The notes: a model not told the origin generated them from the letters alone. A stretch of 64,000 nucleotides of DNA from Pirellula sp. (GCA_046318495.1 JBKCUI010000344.1:1600-65599), one strand, 5' to 3'. Counted from the first letter of the stretch, positions 19,438-30,017 are shown. A program made the numbers and translations.

Positions 19438-21393
19438 ATGGCCAATACCACCCCAAAAACGCGCCGCGCCACCGCGGAGTCGATGGCGACCAAGCAACGG
19501 GACGTCTCCGTCAGCGAGTTCTTCGCCAAGAATCGCCACCTCCTCGGATTCGATAACCCGCGCAAAGCACTCCTGACCACCGTCAAGGAAGCCGTCGACA
19601 ACTCGCTCGATGCGTGCGAAGAAGCCGGCATCCTCCCCGAAATCTGGGTGCGGATCGATCAAGTCCAACCCGGCCGCTTCCGCGTCGCCGTCCAAGACAA
19701 CGGACCGGGTATCGTCAAAAAGCAAATCCCTAACATCTTCGGAAAACTGCTCTACGGCAGCAAATTCCACCGGCTCCGCATGAGCCGCGGCCAACAAGGA
19801 ATCGGCATCAGCGCCGCCGGCATGAACGGCATGCTCACCACCGGCCGCCCCATGCAGATCCTCTCGAAAACCAGCAAACGCTCCCCCGTCCATTACTTTC
19901 TGCTGCAAGTCGACACCAAGAAAAACCAACCCGAAATCATCAACGGCAAAGGGGAAGGGATCGACATCCCCGCCGGTGAAAAGGGATTGGCCTACATGCG
20001 CGACAACGACATCGTTTGGGTGTCGCATTACCCAGGCACCGACGGCCAACCCGGCCCCGAACTCGAATCGGGCACGCGCGTCACCATCGAACTGACCGCC
20101 GTCTTCAAACGGAGCAAAGGGAGCGTCGACGAATACCTCGAACAGACCGCCATCGCCAACCCCCACGTCACCATCCACTGGTCCAGCCCCGACGGCGAAG
20201 AACACACCATCCCGCGCACCACCACCGAGTTGCCGCGCGAAGCCATCGAGATCAAGCCCCACCCCTACGGAGTCGAACTCGGGCGCTTGATCACCATGCT
20301 CGGAGCCGACAAAGGGGTCAGCGTGAGCTCGTTCTTGACCGGCTCCTTCTCCTGCGTCACCCCCGCTGTCGCGCGCAAGGTCTGCGAAACCGCCAACCTC
20401 TCCACCCGAGCCTCGGCCATCAAAGTCGGCCACACCGAAGCCGAACGCCTCTACAAAGCCCTCCAAGAGACCAAGATCCGCCCGCCGTCCACCGACTGCA
20501 TCGTCCCGATCGGTCGCGAACTCCTCTACGCAGGTCTCAAAGCCATCGTGCCTGGCGATTTCCACGACGCCACCACTCGCCCTCCATCGGTCCACCGGGG
20601 CTCCCCTTTCCAAGTCGAAGTCGCATTGGCTTACGGCGGTCAAACCTCGACGCAAAAAGTCACACGCGACGAACTCGTCGAACTCATCCAACAATCCGAT
20701 GCCCGGACCCTGCGCAAATTCCTGATCGATACCTTCTCAGGAATCGGCGCGGACTCCGCCGAAAAGATCATCGAAGAAACCAAACTCCCCACTCGCTGCA
20801 GCCCGCAAAAGCTCAAAAAGGAACAGATCGATACCCTCCACTCGGTGCTTCGCGAGATCAACATCTCCGAAGGCCAATCGATGCAGATCTACCGATTCGC
20901 CAACCGCGTCCCGCTGCAGTACTCGCAAGGGGCCTGCGCCATCACCCAAGCGGTCCTCAACACCAACTGGCGAGCTTACGGCCTATCGCAATCCAAAGGC
21001 GCCCTACCCAGCGGACCGATCACCCTGATCGTCCACGTGGCAAGCGTCTGGGTTCCCTTCACCAGCGAATCCAAAGAAGCCATCGCCAATGCTCCCGAAA
21101 TCGAAAAAGAACTCCGTTTGGGCATCCAAGCCATCGGCCGTTCGCTCGCGTCGTTCCTCCGAAAACGCCAAGCCATCTCCGCGCAAAGCAACCGCCGCAA
21201 CGTGTTCTTGCGTTACCTGCGCGAAGTCGCCGGGGCCGTGGCCACCATCCAAAAATCAGAAGCCGATCCGATCTACGAAGACCTGCTCCACGTAGCCAAA
21301 CACAAAACGGCGATCGCCGATGTGCGCCTCGATGAATTCGGCAAAGCCATCGTCGAATCCGAGGACGAAGAACTCGAAGAAGTCGAAGAATAA
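19438..21393 (+). CDS. top6B: DNA topoisomerase VI subunit B (GHKL ATPase, two H2TH-like domains, transducer)
   Basis: SVSEFFAKNRHLLGFDNP, KEAVDNSLDA, DNGPGI, YGSKFH, SRGQQGIG, RFANRVPL and VPFTSESKEAI motifs. Confidence 0.93.
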   Translation: MANTTPKTRRATAESMATKQRDVSVSEFFAKNRHLLGFDNPRKALLTTVKEAVDNSLDACEEAGILPEIWVRIDQVQPGRFRVAVQDNGPGIVKKQIPNIFGKLLYGSKFHRLRMSRGQQGIGISAAGMNGMLTTGRPMQILSKTSKRSPVHYFLLQVDTKKNQPEIINGKGEGIDIPAGEKGLAYMRDNDIVWVSHYPGTDGQPGPELESGTRVTIELTAVFKRSKGSVDEYLEQTAIANPHVTIHWSSPDGEEHTIPRTTTELPREAIEIKPHPYGVELGRLITMLGADKGVSVSSFLTGSFSCVTPAVARKVCETANLSTRASAIKVGHTEAERLYKALQETKIRPPSTDCIVPIGRELLYAGLKAIVPGDFHDATTRPPSVHRGSPFQVEVALAYGGQTSTQKVTRDELVELIQQSDARTLRKFLIDTFSGIGADSAEKIIEETKLPTRCSPQKLKKEQIDTLHSVLREINISEGQSMQIYRFANRVPLQYSQGACAITQAVLNTNWRAYGLSQSKGALPSGPITLIVHVASVWVPFTSESKEAIANAPEIEKELRLGIQAIGRSLASFLRKRQAISAQSNRRNVFLRYLREVAGAVATIQKSEADPIYEDLLHVAKHKTAIADVRLDEFGKAIVESEDEELEEVEE

Positions 21394-21426
21394 CCCACAA
21401 CAGGCGAAGCGACCGCTAGAGTGCTT

Positions 21427-22194
21427 CTAGCTGGATTGCAGACCGCCAAAGCGACGATCGCGCTGCATGTACTCGCGCACGGCTTGGATCAAGTCTTCCT
21501 TGCCGAACTCCGGCCAGGCTTTGTTGGTTACCCACCATTCGCTGTAGCTGATCTGCCACAGAAGAAAATTGCTGATGCGCATCTCACCGCTGGTGCGAAT
21601 CAACAGATCGGGATCGGGCATACCATGCGTGTAGAGCGCCCGCGAGATGGTCTCTTCATCGATCGCGTCCGGCGATAAGCGTCCCTCGGCAACATCCTTG
21701 GCAATGCGTTTCGTCGCATCTACCAGCTCTTGCCGTGAACCGTAGTTGATGGCCAAGCACAACGTTTGCTTCGTGCCGTGCTGGCACTTATCGATCGCTT
21801 GATCCATCGCGTGCAACACATCCGGAGCCATGCCATCGCGCCGACCGATGACCAGCAATCGAACTTGCTTTTCGATCAAGCGGGGAGTCTGTCGCGACAG
21901 ATACGTCTTGAGCAACCCCATCAAAAAATCGAGCTCATCCTTGGGACGTTTCCAGTTCTCATGCGAGAAGCAATAGAGCGTGAGATACGGAATTCCCAAC
22001 TCGCCGCAACACTCCAACGCGTTCTCTACGCTTTGCGCACCTTGTCGATGCCCTTCGACCCTGGGCATGCCACGCGATTTGGCCCAACGGCCATTCCCAT
22101 CCATGATGATCGCCACATGCTGCGGCATGCGCTGCGGATCGAGATCGCTGTGCTTCGCTGCCGGCTTCGATTTCGATCGTCGAAAGAAACTCAT
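21427..22194 (-). CDS. uppS: Undecaprenyl diphosphate synthase (isoprenyl transferase)
   Basis: HVAIIMDGNGRWA, FSHENWKRP and PDPDLLIRTSGEMRISNFLLWQ motifs. Confidence 0.96.
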   Translation of the reverse strand: MSFFRRSKSKPAAKHSDLDPQRMPQHVAIIMDGNGRWAKSRGMPRVEGHRQGAQSVENALECCGELGIPYLTLYCFSHENWKRPKDELDFLMGLLKTYLSRQTPRLIEKQVRLLVIGRRDGMAPDVLHAMDQAIDKCQHGTKQTLCLAINYGSRQELVDATKRIAKDVAEGRLSPDAIDEETISRALYTHGMPDPDLLIRTSGEMRISNFLLWQISYSEWWVTNKAWPEFGKEDLIQAVREYMQRDRRFGGLQSS

Positions 22195-22321
22195 GGCAGA
22201 TGGGTCGCAATGGAATAGGAAAGAAGATCGACACCACCGGCAATCAAGCGATATCCACGCCGCTGGCCAACGTCTTGCACGTCGGCCCGCAGCAACGCGA
22301 CCGCGATGCCATGGCACCCGC

Positions 22322-23611
22322 CTAGATAAGGAATATCGTTTGCTCGCGATCTGGGCCGACGGACAAGACTCCTACCGGCACCGAAATCAATTCGGAGATC
22401 CGATCGATGTACCGCCGAGCGTTGGCTGGAAACTCCTCCAATTTGCGCACGCCGGAAACGTCGCTCGACCAACCGGGCAACGTTTCGTAAATCGGTTCGC
22501 AACGTCGCAGTTCGTCGGCTTGGCTAGGCAGTCGTTCGATGCGATCGCCATCGAGCTTATACGCGATGCAAACCTTGACCTCGTCAAAGTGGCTGAGCAC
22601 GTCGAGCATCATGAGCGATAGATAATCGGCACCGCTCAATCGAGCCGTGTAGCGAACGGCGACGGCATCGAACCATCCGCAACGGCGAGGACGGCCGGTC
22701 GTCGTGCCGTACTCGCGACCGATCTCGCGGATCTTTTGTCCAGTGGCATCGAGCAACTCGGTCGGAAACGGGCCGCCTCCAACGCGCGTCGAATACGCCT
22801 TGGCCACACCGATCATCCGATCGATGGCTCGCGGTGGGACTCCCGATCCGCTGCAGACTCCGACGCCCGAAGCGTTGCTGCTGGTCACAAACGGATACGT
22901 TCCGTGGTCGATATCCAGCAGCGAGCCTTGGGCCCCCTCCATCAACAAACGCTTGCCCGCGTCCAGTTGATCGTGAAGGAAGTAGGTCGTGTCGGATATC
23001 AGCGGCCCGAGCGACTCGGCCCAGCGTTCGCACTGAGCCAGAATTTTGGTCGCATCGAGTTCGATCAAATCGTCGGCGGTTGCGATCGAAGAAAGCAACA
23101 CGCGTTTGGCATCGACGATTTCCGAGATGCGCTGCGGCAACGAGTCGGAAACCAGATCGGCCATGCGGATGGCATGTGTGCGGCCGACTTTATCGCGATA
23201 GCACGGACCGATGCCGCGATTGGTGGTGCCGATGCTTTCGCCGCTCACCATGGTTTTGTTGATGGCGCGATCCTCGAGGATGTGCCAAGGCATCACGACG
23301 TGGGCGCGATCGCTGATACGCAGATTCTTGCGCGGGTGGATACCGCGGCCCTCGAGTCCCTCCAGTTCGCGAATGAGCATGTTCGGCTCGATCACGACAC
23401 CGGGCGCGATGATGTTGGTGATGTTTTCCGACAGAATGCCGGAGGGAACGTGGTGCAGCTTGTAAACCTCTTTGCCGCACACCACCGTGTGCCCGGCATT
23501 GGCACCCCCTTGATATCGGACGACCACATCGTGACGTGGGGCGAGCAGATCGACCAATTTTCCTTTGGCTTCGTCACCCCATTGCAGACCGATTACACAA
23601 GTAGCTGGCAC
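22322..23611 (-). CDS. purA: Adenylosuccinate synthetase
   Basis: [25 protein letters not shown] and [14 protein letters not shown] motifs. Confidence 0.98.
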   Translation of the reverse strand: MPATCVIGLQWGDEAKGKLVDLLAPRHDVVVRYQGGANAGHTVVCGKEVYKLHHVPSGILSENITNIIAPGVVIEPNMLIRELEGLEGRGIHPRKNLRISDRAHVVMPWHILEDRAINKTMVSGESIGTTNRGIGPCYRDKVGRTHAIRMADLVSDSLPQRISEIVDAKRVLLSSIATADDLIELDATKILAQCERWAESLGPLISDTTYFLHDQLDAGKRLLMEGAQGSLLDIDHGTYPFVTSSNASGVGVCSGSGVPPRAIDRMIGVAKAYSTRVGGGPFPTELLDATGQKIREIGREYGTTTGRPRRCGWFDAVAVRYTARLSGADYLSLMMLDVLSHFDEVKVCIAYKLDGDRIERLPSQADELRRCEPIYETLPGWSSDVSGVRKLEEFPANARRYIDRISELISVPVGVLSVGPDREQTIFLI

Positions 23612-23737
23612 AATTCACTCGCGATCCAGGGCGGCCACCGGCTGGCTCCTACCCTTGAGCCCACCTGTTGCGACCGCAGAAAGCCTAGAGTCTAGGGGTC
23701 ATCCGCGCGATGCGTCAAGGCTTAACCCCACGCCCAC

Positions 23738-23935
23738 TTAACCCCGTCCCCCTTCGCAGCACGTCTCGCAAATCCGATGGCACTTGGAACACTGGAATTT
23801 CGCGCGGATCTCGATCAATCGACCGCCGCAGACCGGACAAACCGGTTCGCGGGTTGCAGCGCACGCCGCTTCTGTGTTCGAACGCTCTGACGTGGTGCTT
23901 TCCGCCGTTTGGCTGCTGCTGGGTGTTGGCTGCAT
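23738..23935 (-). CDS. Small Cys-rich zinc-ribbon-like protein
   Basis: CPVC-x12-CSKC-x3-CETCC pattern in 65 aa. Confidence 0.6.
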   Translation of the reverse strand: MQPTPSSSQTAESTTSERSNTEAACAATREPVCPVCGGRLIEIRAKFQCSKCHRICETCCEGGRG

Positions 23936-24106
23936 AATTCACATCCTCTCACATCTTCTGGCCCGACCGTTTCGGATTACCATATCCCAGGCCCTTTCGG
24001 TCGTCCATCATGGTCGTCGCGCCCTGGCCGCGTCTCCCCTATCTCCCGCTTGCTGTTTGCCTCCCAAAGGTTCCACCGCAACGCGGTTTCCTTCGAAACA
24101 ACCTAC

Positions 24107-24814
24107 ATGAATCGTTCCGTCTCCGAGTCTCGCGGGCAGCCTGCCTCCCAACGCCACGCGTCCGCAGTCACCGCATCGCCGTGGCCGCTCTGGCTGCGCG
24201 TCCTCCTTTCGATCGCGCTCGTTTTTCATTTCGCCGTGATCGCGCTGTGCTACGCCTCCAACAACAGCCAGATCCGTTCGAACCTGGCCGACACCGTGCT
24301 GCAGTGGCTCCAACCCTACACGATCCCGTTGGGTTGGTACGTGGAGTTGGCCCCATTGCCCTTGGTCTCCTCCTCCGAAACCGAACGCCCGACGCGCGTC
24401 GAGATCCGATCTTCGCAAGGATCCAAATCCTGGAAGCCCTTGATCGACTCCACCACGGCCAGCCCATCGTGGCGACGCTTGATGACGTTGGTCGGCGCGT
24501 TGCAATCCCACGAAGATTCCGACGGCATGAGTTTGATCGCGCATGCCATCAGTGCAAAAGCCATCGCGGAGGGGACTCCGATCGATGGCATTCGATTTGT
24601 GGTCACCTCCGAAGCGGCCACCAGTAACGCTGCTTCCCCCGGCAATGCGTCGGGGGTGGATCAAGTCCTTTTCGAAGCCAAGATCCTCTCGGCCGGCCCC
24701 GACGATCTGACCTTGGTTCCGATCTTGGAGCCGACGCGATCGGTTCCGGTAACTCCTGCCAATCCCGTGCCTGCCGCAGCCTCCGCCACGAAAGGATCGA
24801 CCGATGCACGCTGA
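24107..24814 (+). CDS. Membrane-anchored hypothetical protein, partner of the HTTM-like gene
   Basis: One or two N-terminal hydrophobic segments (SIALVFHF). Overlaps the start of the next gene by 11 bp. Confidence 0.65.
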   Translation: MNRSVSESRGQPASQRHASAVTASPWPLWLRVLLSIALVFHFAVIALCYASNNSQIRSNLADTVLQWLQPYTIPLGWYVELAPLPLVSSSETERPTRVEIRSSQGSKSWKPLIDSTTASPSWRRLMTLVGALQSHEDSDGMSLIAHAISAKAIAEGTPIDGIRFVVTSEAATSNAASPGNASGVDQVLFEAKILSAGPDDLTLVPILEPTRSVPVTPANPVPAAASATKGSTDAR

Positions 24815-25748
24815 ATCCGCTGCCGCGACCAACGACCTTTCCTGGCGAGCACCGCTGCTGGCTTGGAATCGCTTCTGGTTTGAACCTCGCCAAGGCTGGC
24901 ACTTGGGCACAACGCGCATCGCCATCGGATGCGTCGCCTTGCTCCAGTTCGCGAGCTACTGGTTCTGGGCACCGCAATGGCTGAGCGCCCAAGGATGGTT
25001 CGACTTGGAAACGGGCCGCTACTTCATCGGCGAAGGCTTGCCCGACATGGGAAGCGAGTACCGCTGGTCCTGGCTCTACCGCTGGAGTTCACCGGCTGCA
25101 GTCTATGCGGCATGTGGGCTGGGGACACTCGCTAGCGCAGCGACCCTTTTGGGGATCGGCTCGCGGGTCGCGCCGGCATTGGCTTGGATCGCGATGATGA
25201 CGCTGCACCATCGCGCTCCGTGGTTAGCGACGCCTTCAGAGTTGCTGCTCGCCGCAGGTTTGTTCTATCTGATCGTCGACACCGGCCGGACACAGTTTTC
25301 GATCCGCCCCGCGCGGAGTGATGCGTCCTCGAGTCCTCGCACCAGCGTCACTTTGGCAACGCGCTGCATCCAAGTCCACTTCGTGTTGTGGTTGACGCTC
25401 TGCATCGCCAGCATGCTGCAGCACGATGTGTGGTGGAATGGGACCGCCGTGGCCCTTCTTTCGGAGCGCGGACAGAACTGGATCGGTGCGATCCCGCGTT
25501 CCAGTTGGTTCGGTCAATGCATGACGCTGGCCATGCTCGCGCTCCCTGTGCTGGCTTTGGTCTGCTGGTCGCGACCCGCCAGCCAAGCCGTGGGATTCGC
25601 GGCCATCGTCGCTTACGCGATCGCCGTAGCGGTGTTCGCAGGCGACCTGCTGTATGCGCTGGCACTCCTCGCCCTGGCCACTTCTCTGCTACCATATTCC
25701 CTCAAGCCCACTTCTGGCCCCAACTCCGCCCCGCCGCAAACTCCCTGA
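24804..25748 (+). CDS. HTTM-domain-like integral membrane protein (divergent)
   Basis: WNRFWFEP, LGTTRIAIG, LGIGSR, RCIQVH and WWNGTAV segments, with multiple TM helices. Confidence 0.7.
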   Translation: MHAESAAATNDLSWRAPLLAWNRFWFEPRQGWHLGTTRIAIGCVALLQFASYWFWAPQWLSAQGWFDLETGRYFIGEGLPDMGSEYRWSWLYRWSSPAAVYAACGLGTLASAATLLGIGSRVAPALAWIAMMTLHHRAPWLATPSELLLAAGLFYLIVDTGRTQFSIRPARSDASSSPRTSVTLATRCIQVHFVLWLTLCIASMLQHDVWWNGTAVALLSERGQNWIGAIPRSSWFGQCMTLAMLALPVLALVCWSRPASQAVGFAAIVAYAIAVAVFAGDLLYALALLALATSLLPYSLKPTSGPNSAPPQTP

Positions 25749-25819
25749 TGGCCGCGTCTGCCTCGCTCGCAGCCACGCCATCCTCGGTTCGCATCCCAAC
25801 CTTCCAGAGTCCTTGCATC

Positions 25820-26806
25820 ATGAACGACGATCGCTCTTTGCCGTCCTCCCAACACGCGCGCCGTATCGGGCGCCGCACCTTCGTCGCCAGTTCGACGGCG
25901 GTCGCGGCCACCGCACTTGCTAGCCACGTGTTGCTTCCGGTGCCGGCTTCCGCTTCCTCCCCCGCCTCAGTAGGAGTTCCTCAATTGAAATACTGCCTCA
26001 ACACCAGCACGATCCACGGCGAAGTCGTTCCGTTGCTCGACCAAATCACCGTCGCACAGAAAGCCGGCTACGACTCGATGGAGTTGTGGCTACGCGATAT
26101 CGACAAGTACTTATCCTCCGGCGGGACACTGCCCGAACTTCGCAAACGCATCGCCGATGCAGGCTTGACCATCGAAAGCTCGATCGCTTTTGCTCCATGG
26201 ATCGTGATGGACGAGTCCGCGCACAAGAAGGCGCTCGAACAAGCTAAAAAAGAAATGGACATCATCGTGGCCATCGGTGGCAAACGGATTGCAGCACCAC
26301 CTGCAGGGGCGACCGACGGCGAGCGGTTGAATTTGGACGTGGCCGGTGATCGCTACCGCGCGTTGCTCGAAGTCGGCAAGGCTGCAGGCTGCACGCCGCA
26401 GTTGGAAGTCTGGGGCTTTTCAAAGAACCTTTCCAAACTCTCGGAAGTCCTCTACGTGGCCGCCGCCGCACAACACCCGAATGCGTGCGTGCTTCCCGAC
26501 GTGTATCACCTCTACAAAGGGGGCTCGCTGTTCCACGATTTGCAGTTGCTCTCGGGCAAGAAGATTCATGTCTTCCACATGAACGACTATCCCGACATTC
26601 CGCGAGACAAGATCAACGACGCCGATCGCGTTTATCCCGGCGATGGCATCGCCCCGATCGCGACCATCCTCAACACGGTCTTCGCCAGCGGATTCAACGG
26701 TGTGTTGTCGCTGGAGCTTTTCAATCGCGAGTATTGGAAGAAGGATCCGTTGGAGAACGCCACGCTCGGGCTTCAAAAGATGAAGGCGGTCATTCCGAAG
26801 GCGTAA
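25820..26806 (+). CDS. Tat-exported sugar phosphate isomerase/epimerase (xylose isomerase-like TIM barrel)
   Basis: IGRRTFV twin-arginine signal. Metal ligands in LEVWG, PDVYH, HVFHMND and LSLELF. Confidence 0.88.
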   Translation: MNDDRSLPSSQHARRIGRRTFVASSTAVAATALASHVLLPVPASASSPASVGVPQLKYCLNTSTIHGEVVPLLDQITVAQKAGYDSMELWLRDIDKYLSSGGTLPELRKRIADAGLTIESSIAFAPWIVMDESAHKKALEQAKKEMDIIVAIGGKRIAAPPAGATDGERLNLDVAGDRYRALLEVGKAAGCTPQLEVWGFSKNLSKLSEVLYVAAAAQHPNACVLPDVYHLYKGGSLFHDLQLLSGKKIHVFHMNDYPDIPRDKINDADRVYPGDGIAPIATILNTVFASGFNGVLSLELFNREYWKKDPLENATLGLQKMKAVIPKA

Positions 26807-26855
26807 TGGCCTCGTCTGCGTTGCACGTCCGTCGTCTTCGTCTTCTTATTGGTCT

Positions 26856-26952
26856 TCCTAGCGGCAGGCCGTAAGGCCACCGGTTTCGCGTTAAGAGACT
26901 CGATGATGGTTTGCCCCCGTGTCACCGGACGGCTTACGCCGTTTCGCTAGGA
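26856..26952. repeat. 97-bp REP-doublet/MITE-like element, copy 1
   Basis: TCCTAGCG(G/A) terminal inverted repeats. About 92% identical (8 mismatches by hand) to the reverse complement of 34035-34131. Confidence 0.85.
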
Positions 26953-27645
26953 CTAGCCGCCTGCGGCGAGGCTCTTGCTATGCAACGCTCCTTTGCGAAG
27001 CTCCATGCATTGGCTCATCCGCCCCGCCAACTCCAACGAATGCGTCACCACGATCAAGATCGCGTTCTGCTCCTTCGGAACCTCAAAGAGCAGCTCTCCA
27101 ACCAAATGCGCGTTGTCCGCATCGAGATTTCCCGTCGGCTCATCGGCCAAGATCAGCGTCGGGCGCAACAGCAACGCCCGCCCGACCGCCACCCGCTCGC
27201 GTTCCCCACCCGATAACTGACTCGGCAAATGGTGCATGCGATCGGACAACCCGACCCGATCGAGCAACTCTTTCGCGCGCTGCTGATGCTCGAGCGTCGG
27301 CTTGCCAAAGGCCAGCGCCGGCAGCAACGTGTTTTCCAACACATTCCACTGCGGCAACAGATGGTGATCTTGAAAGATAAAGCCGATGTGCTGATTGCGA
27401 AATCGAGCTTGCTCGGTCTCGTTCAAGCCGAATGGATTCTTGCCCGCCAATTCGACGCTGCCGGACGTCGGTCGATCCAAGGTCCCAAGGATCTGAAGCA
27501 ATGTCGATTTCCCCGCCCCGCTCGGTCCGATAATAGCCAGGTTCTCACCCCGCTTCATGGAAAACGAGACGCGATCGAGCACCACCAAATCGCCAGCGGG
27601 AAGCGAATAGACCTTCGATACTTCTTGAACAATCAAATCGCTCAT
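26953..27645 (-). CDS. ABC transporter ATP-binding protein, LolD-like
   Basis: GPSGAGKST Walker A, LSGGERERVA signature, LILADEPTGNLD and VVTHS. Confidence 0.93.
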   Translation of the reverse strand: MSDLIVQEVSKVYSLPAGDLVVLDRVSFSMKRGENLAIIGPSGAGKSTLLQILGTLDRPTSGSVELAGKNPFGLNETEQARFRNQHIGFIFQDHHLLPQWNVLENTLLPALAFGKPTLEHQQRAKELLDRVGLSDRMHHLPSQLSGGERERVAVGRALLLRPTLILADEPTGNLDADNAHLVGELLFEVPKEQNAILIVVTHSLELAGRMSQCMELRKGALHSKSLAAGG

Positions 27646-28481
27646 CGAATGCAACAATGCTCCAAAATGGCTTCGGGGCTAGCGAGGTAGCCGACGTAGA
27701 ACTCGCCGAACTGACCGTATCGAGCGCTGGCTTTGTCGTAACGCATCGTGTAGACGATCTCTTTGAGGAACTGCGGGTTGCGAGCCCAGAGGGTCACCCC
27801 CCATTCCCAATCATCGAGCCCCACCGATGCGGTCACCAACTGCGTCACGCGACCGGCAAAGGCCATCCCGCTTTGCGCGTGCTCGGCCATCATTTCCGTC
27901 CTAGCGGAGAAGGGCTCCAAGAACCAATTGGCGCCGACGTTGCGGGCCTTGTTCATCGGATAAAAGCACATGGCTGGCCAGTTCGGAAACTCCGGAGCCA
28001 ACCGCTGCGCCAGCATCACCGGCAATCGCCGTTCGTACGAGGAAACCTTGGCAACAAACGCTGGCGAGTTGGGATCCTCGCCGCTGCGAATCAGCTTTTC
28101 GGCGTACTGCTCTCGATTGGGAAGGTACTCGCTGACCTCTGACATCGACACGAACGAATACGTTGGCCGAAGCGCCGTCCCCAACTCGGTTGCGGACAAG
28201 CGTTGATGCAACCGATCGATGCGCAGCGGATCGGGATCCATCATGACCAATCCGAGATCGGCTTTGTGCCCGCTGATGATGAACGACTGGATGCGCTGGG
28301 GGCGATCGTGCAAATCGTGCAAACACTCGCAGAACTCGCGCAGCGCATGGGCGCTGGGCGTTCCAAGAGCGCGCAGGGCAGGGCGGTCCCACCGATAGAA
28401 GTAATGGCCGCAATGCCAGCCCTGAATCGGGATGATCGAAGGTTCGGGAAGGCTGGCAGCTGGTGCCGTGGGGTGATTCAT
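27642..28481 (-). CDS. hemQ: Coproheme decarboxylase HemQ/ChdC (chlorite dismutase family)
   Basis: SMSEVSEY, CFYPMNKAR, MMAEHAQSG, SVGLDDWEWGVTL and IVYTMRYDKASARYG motifs. Confidence 0.85.
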   Translation of the reverse strand: MNHPTAPAASLPEPSIIPIQGWHCGHYFYRWDRPALRALGTPSAHALREFCECLHDLHDRPQRIQSFIISGHKADLGLVMMDPDPLRIDRLHQRLSATELGTALRPTYSFVSMSEVSEYLPNREQYAEKLIRSGEDPNSPAFVAKVSSYERRLPVMLAQRLAPEFPNWPAMCFYPMNKARNVGANWFLEPFSARTEMMAEHAQSGMAFAGRVTQLVTASVGLDDWEWGVTLWARNPQFLKEIVYTMRYDKASARYGQFGEFYVGYLASPEAILEHCCIR

Positions 28482-28490
28482 CTTTGACTC

Positions 28491-29870
28491 TCAGAATAAT
28501 CGGTTGTAGCCATTGAGCGCCGCAACGCGGTAGGCTTCGGCCATGGTGGGATAGTTGAAGGTGGTATCGATGAAGTACTCGAGCGTGTTGTTGGGCGGAG
28601 GTTGCTTCATGATCGCTTGGCCGATGTGGATGATCTCCGACGCATTCGGCCCAAAGCAATGGACGCCGAGAACCTCGAGCGTATCGCGATGAAATAGGAT
28701 CTTGAGCATCCCCACCGCGCGTCCGGTGATCTGGGCGCGGGCTAGGCTCTTGAACTGCGAGTGCCCGACTTCGTAGGGGACCTTGGCCGCCGTGAGTTCG
28801 CGCTCGGTCTGACCGATGGAACTGATTTCAGGGCTGGTGTAGATGCCGTTGGGAATGTCTTTCAATTGCAGATCGTCTGGGGCACCGAGAATGTGCCGCG
28901 ATGCGCCGCGTCCTTGCATGTAGGCCGCGCTGGCCAGCGACGGAAACCCGATGACATCTCCGACCGCATACACGTTCGGACAAGTCGTTTGGAAGTTTTG
29001 ATTCACGTCGATCGTTCCGCGAGCTGTCGGCGTGATCTTGAGCTTGGCCAGATCGAGCATTTCCGTGTTGCCAGAACGCCCGTTCGCCCAGAGCAGGATG
29101 TCGGTCTTGACTTGTTTGCCGCTCTCCAGAGACAGCACGACCCCATCGTCGCGCGGTTCGATCTTGGAAAAAGTCTCGTTGTGCCGGATGATCACGCCCG
29201 ACTCGCGCATCTGATAGCTGAGCGCGTCGATGATTTCATCGTCGAGAAACTCCAGCAGTTTGCTCCGCGTGTTGATCAAATTGACTTTGATCGACAAGTT
29301 GCGAAACATCGAAGCGTACTCGCATCCGATCACACCCGCGCCGTAGATCGCGATCGATTGCGGTTTGTAGGAAAGCTCGAGGATTGTGTCGCTATCGAAG
29401 ATCCGGGGATGGTTGAAATCGACTCCTTCGGGCCGGAACGGACGGGAACCGGTTGCGATGACGATGTACTCGGCCTTGATGCGAACATCTTCGTCGATTT
29501 CCAGCGTGTGGGCATCGAGAAATTTGGCGGCGCCGGAAAAGACCGGGACGTTGTTGCGTTCGTAGAACGTCTGCCGCATCGAGACTTGTTTGGCGATGAT
29601 CGACTTGCTGCTGGCTCGCAGTTGAGCCAGCGTTGGATTGACGGTGATCCCCATGTCGCGAATGATGGGGTTGTTCATCGCTTCCATCGCGCTGTAGATG
29701 GAAAACCGGAGCGCCTTGCTCGGAATCGTTCCCCAGTGCGTGCAACCGCCGCCGATTTGCTTGTAGGCCTCGACCACCGCCGTGCGTTTGCCCCCTTTGG
29801 CCGCTTGCATCGCAGCCCCTTCGCCTCCAGGCCCCGTTCCGATGACGACGACGTCAAACTTGTGTTCCAT
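28491..29870 (-). CDS. sthA: Soluble pyridine nucleotide transhydrogenase
   Basis: [25 protein letters not shown] (CxxxxT variant) and C-terminal [17 protein letters not shown]. Confidence 0.95.
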   Translation of the reverse strand: MEHKFDVVVIGTGPGGEGAAMQAAKGGKRTAVVEAYKQIGGGCTHWGTIPSKALRFSIYSAMEAMNNPIIRDMGITVNPTLAQLRASSKSIIAKQVSMRQTFYERNNVPVFSGAAKFLDAHTLEIDEDVRIKAEYIVIATGSRPFRPEGVDFNHPRIFDSDTILELSYKPQSIAIYGAGVIGCEYASMFRNLSIKVNLINTRSKLLEFLDDEIIDALSYQMRESGVIIRHNETFSKIEPRDDGVVLSLESGKQVKTDILLWANGRSGNTEMLDLAKLKITPTARGTIDVNQNFQTTCPNVYAVGDVIGFPSLASAAYMQGRGASRHILGAPDDLQLKDIPNGIYTSPEISSIGQTERELTAAKVPYEVGHSQFKSLARAQITGRAVGMLKILFHRDTLEVLGVHCFGPNASEIIHIGQAIMKQPPPNNTLEYFIDTTFNYPTMAEAYRVAALNGYNRLF

Positions 29871-30017
29871 CATATGTGCTTTCTGCAGGAAATCGCGTTT
29901 CGGGCAACGTGGGGCGGAGTGCGGACAGGCATGCGCGGCCTCGATCGCCCACCGCCCCCGGACCATCGTGCATGCTGTGAATCAGGCAGGATCCGAGGTT
30001 GGGATGCAGCATCCATC

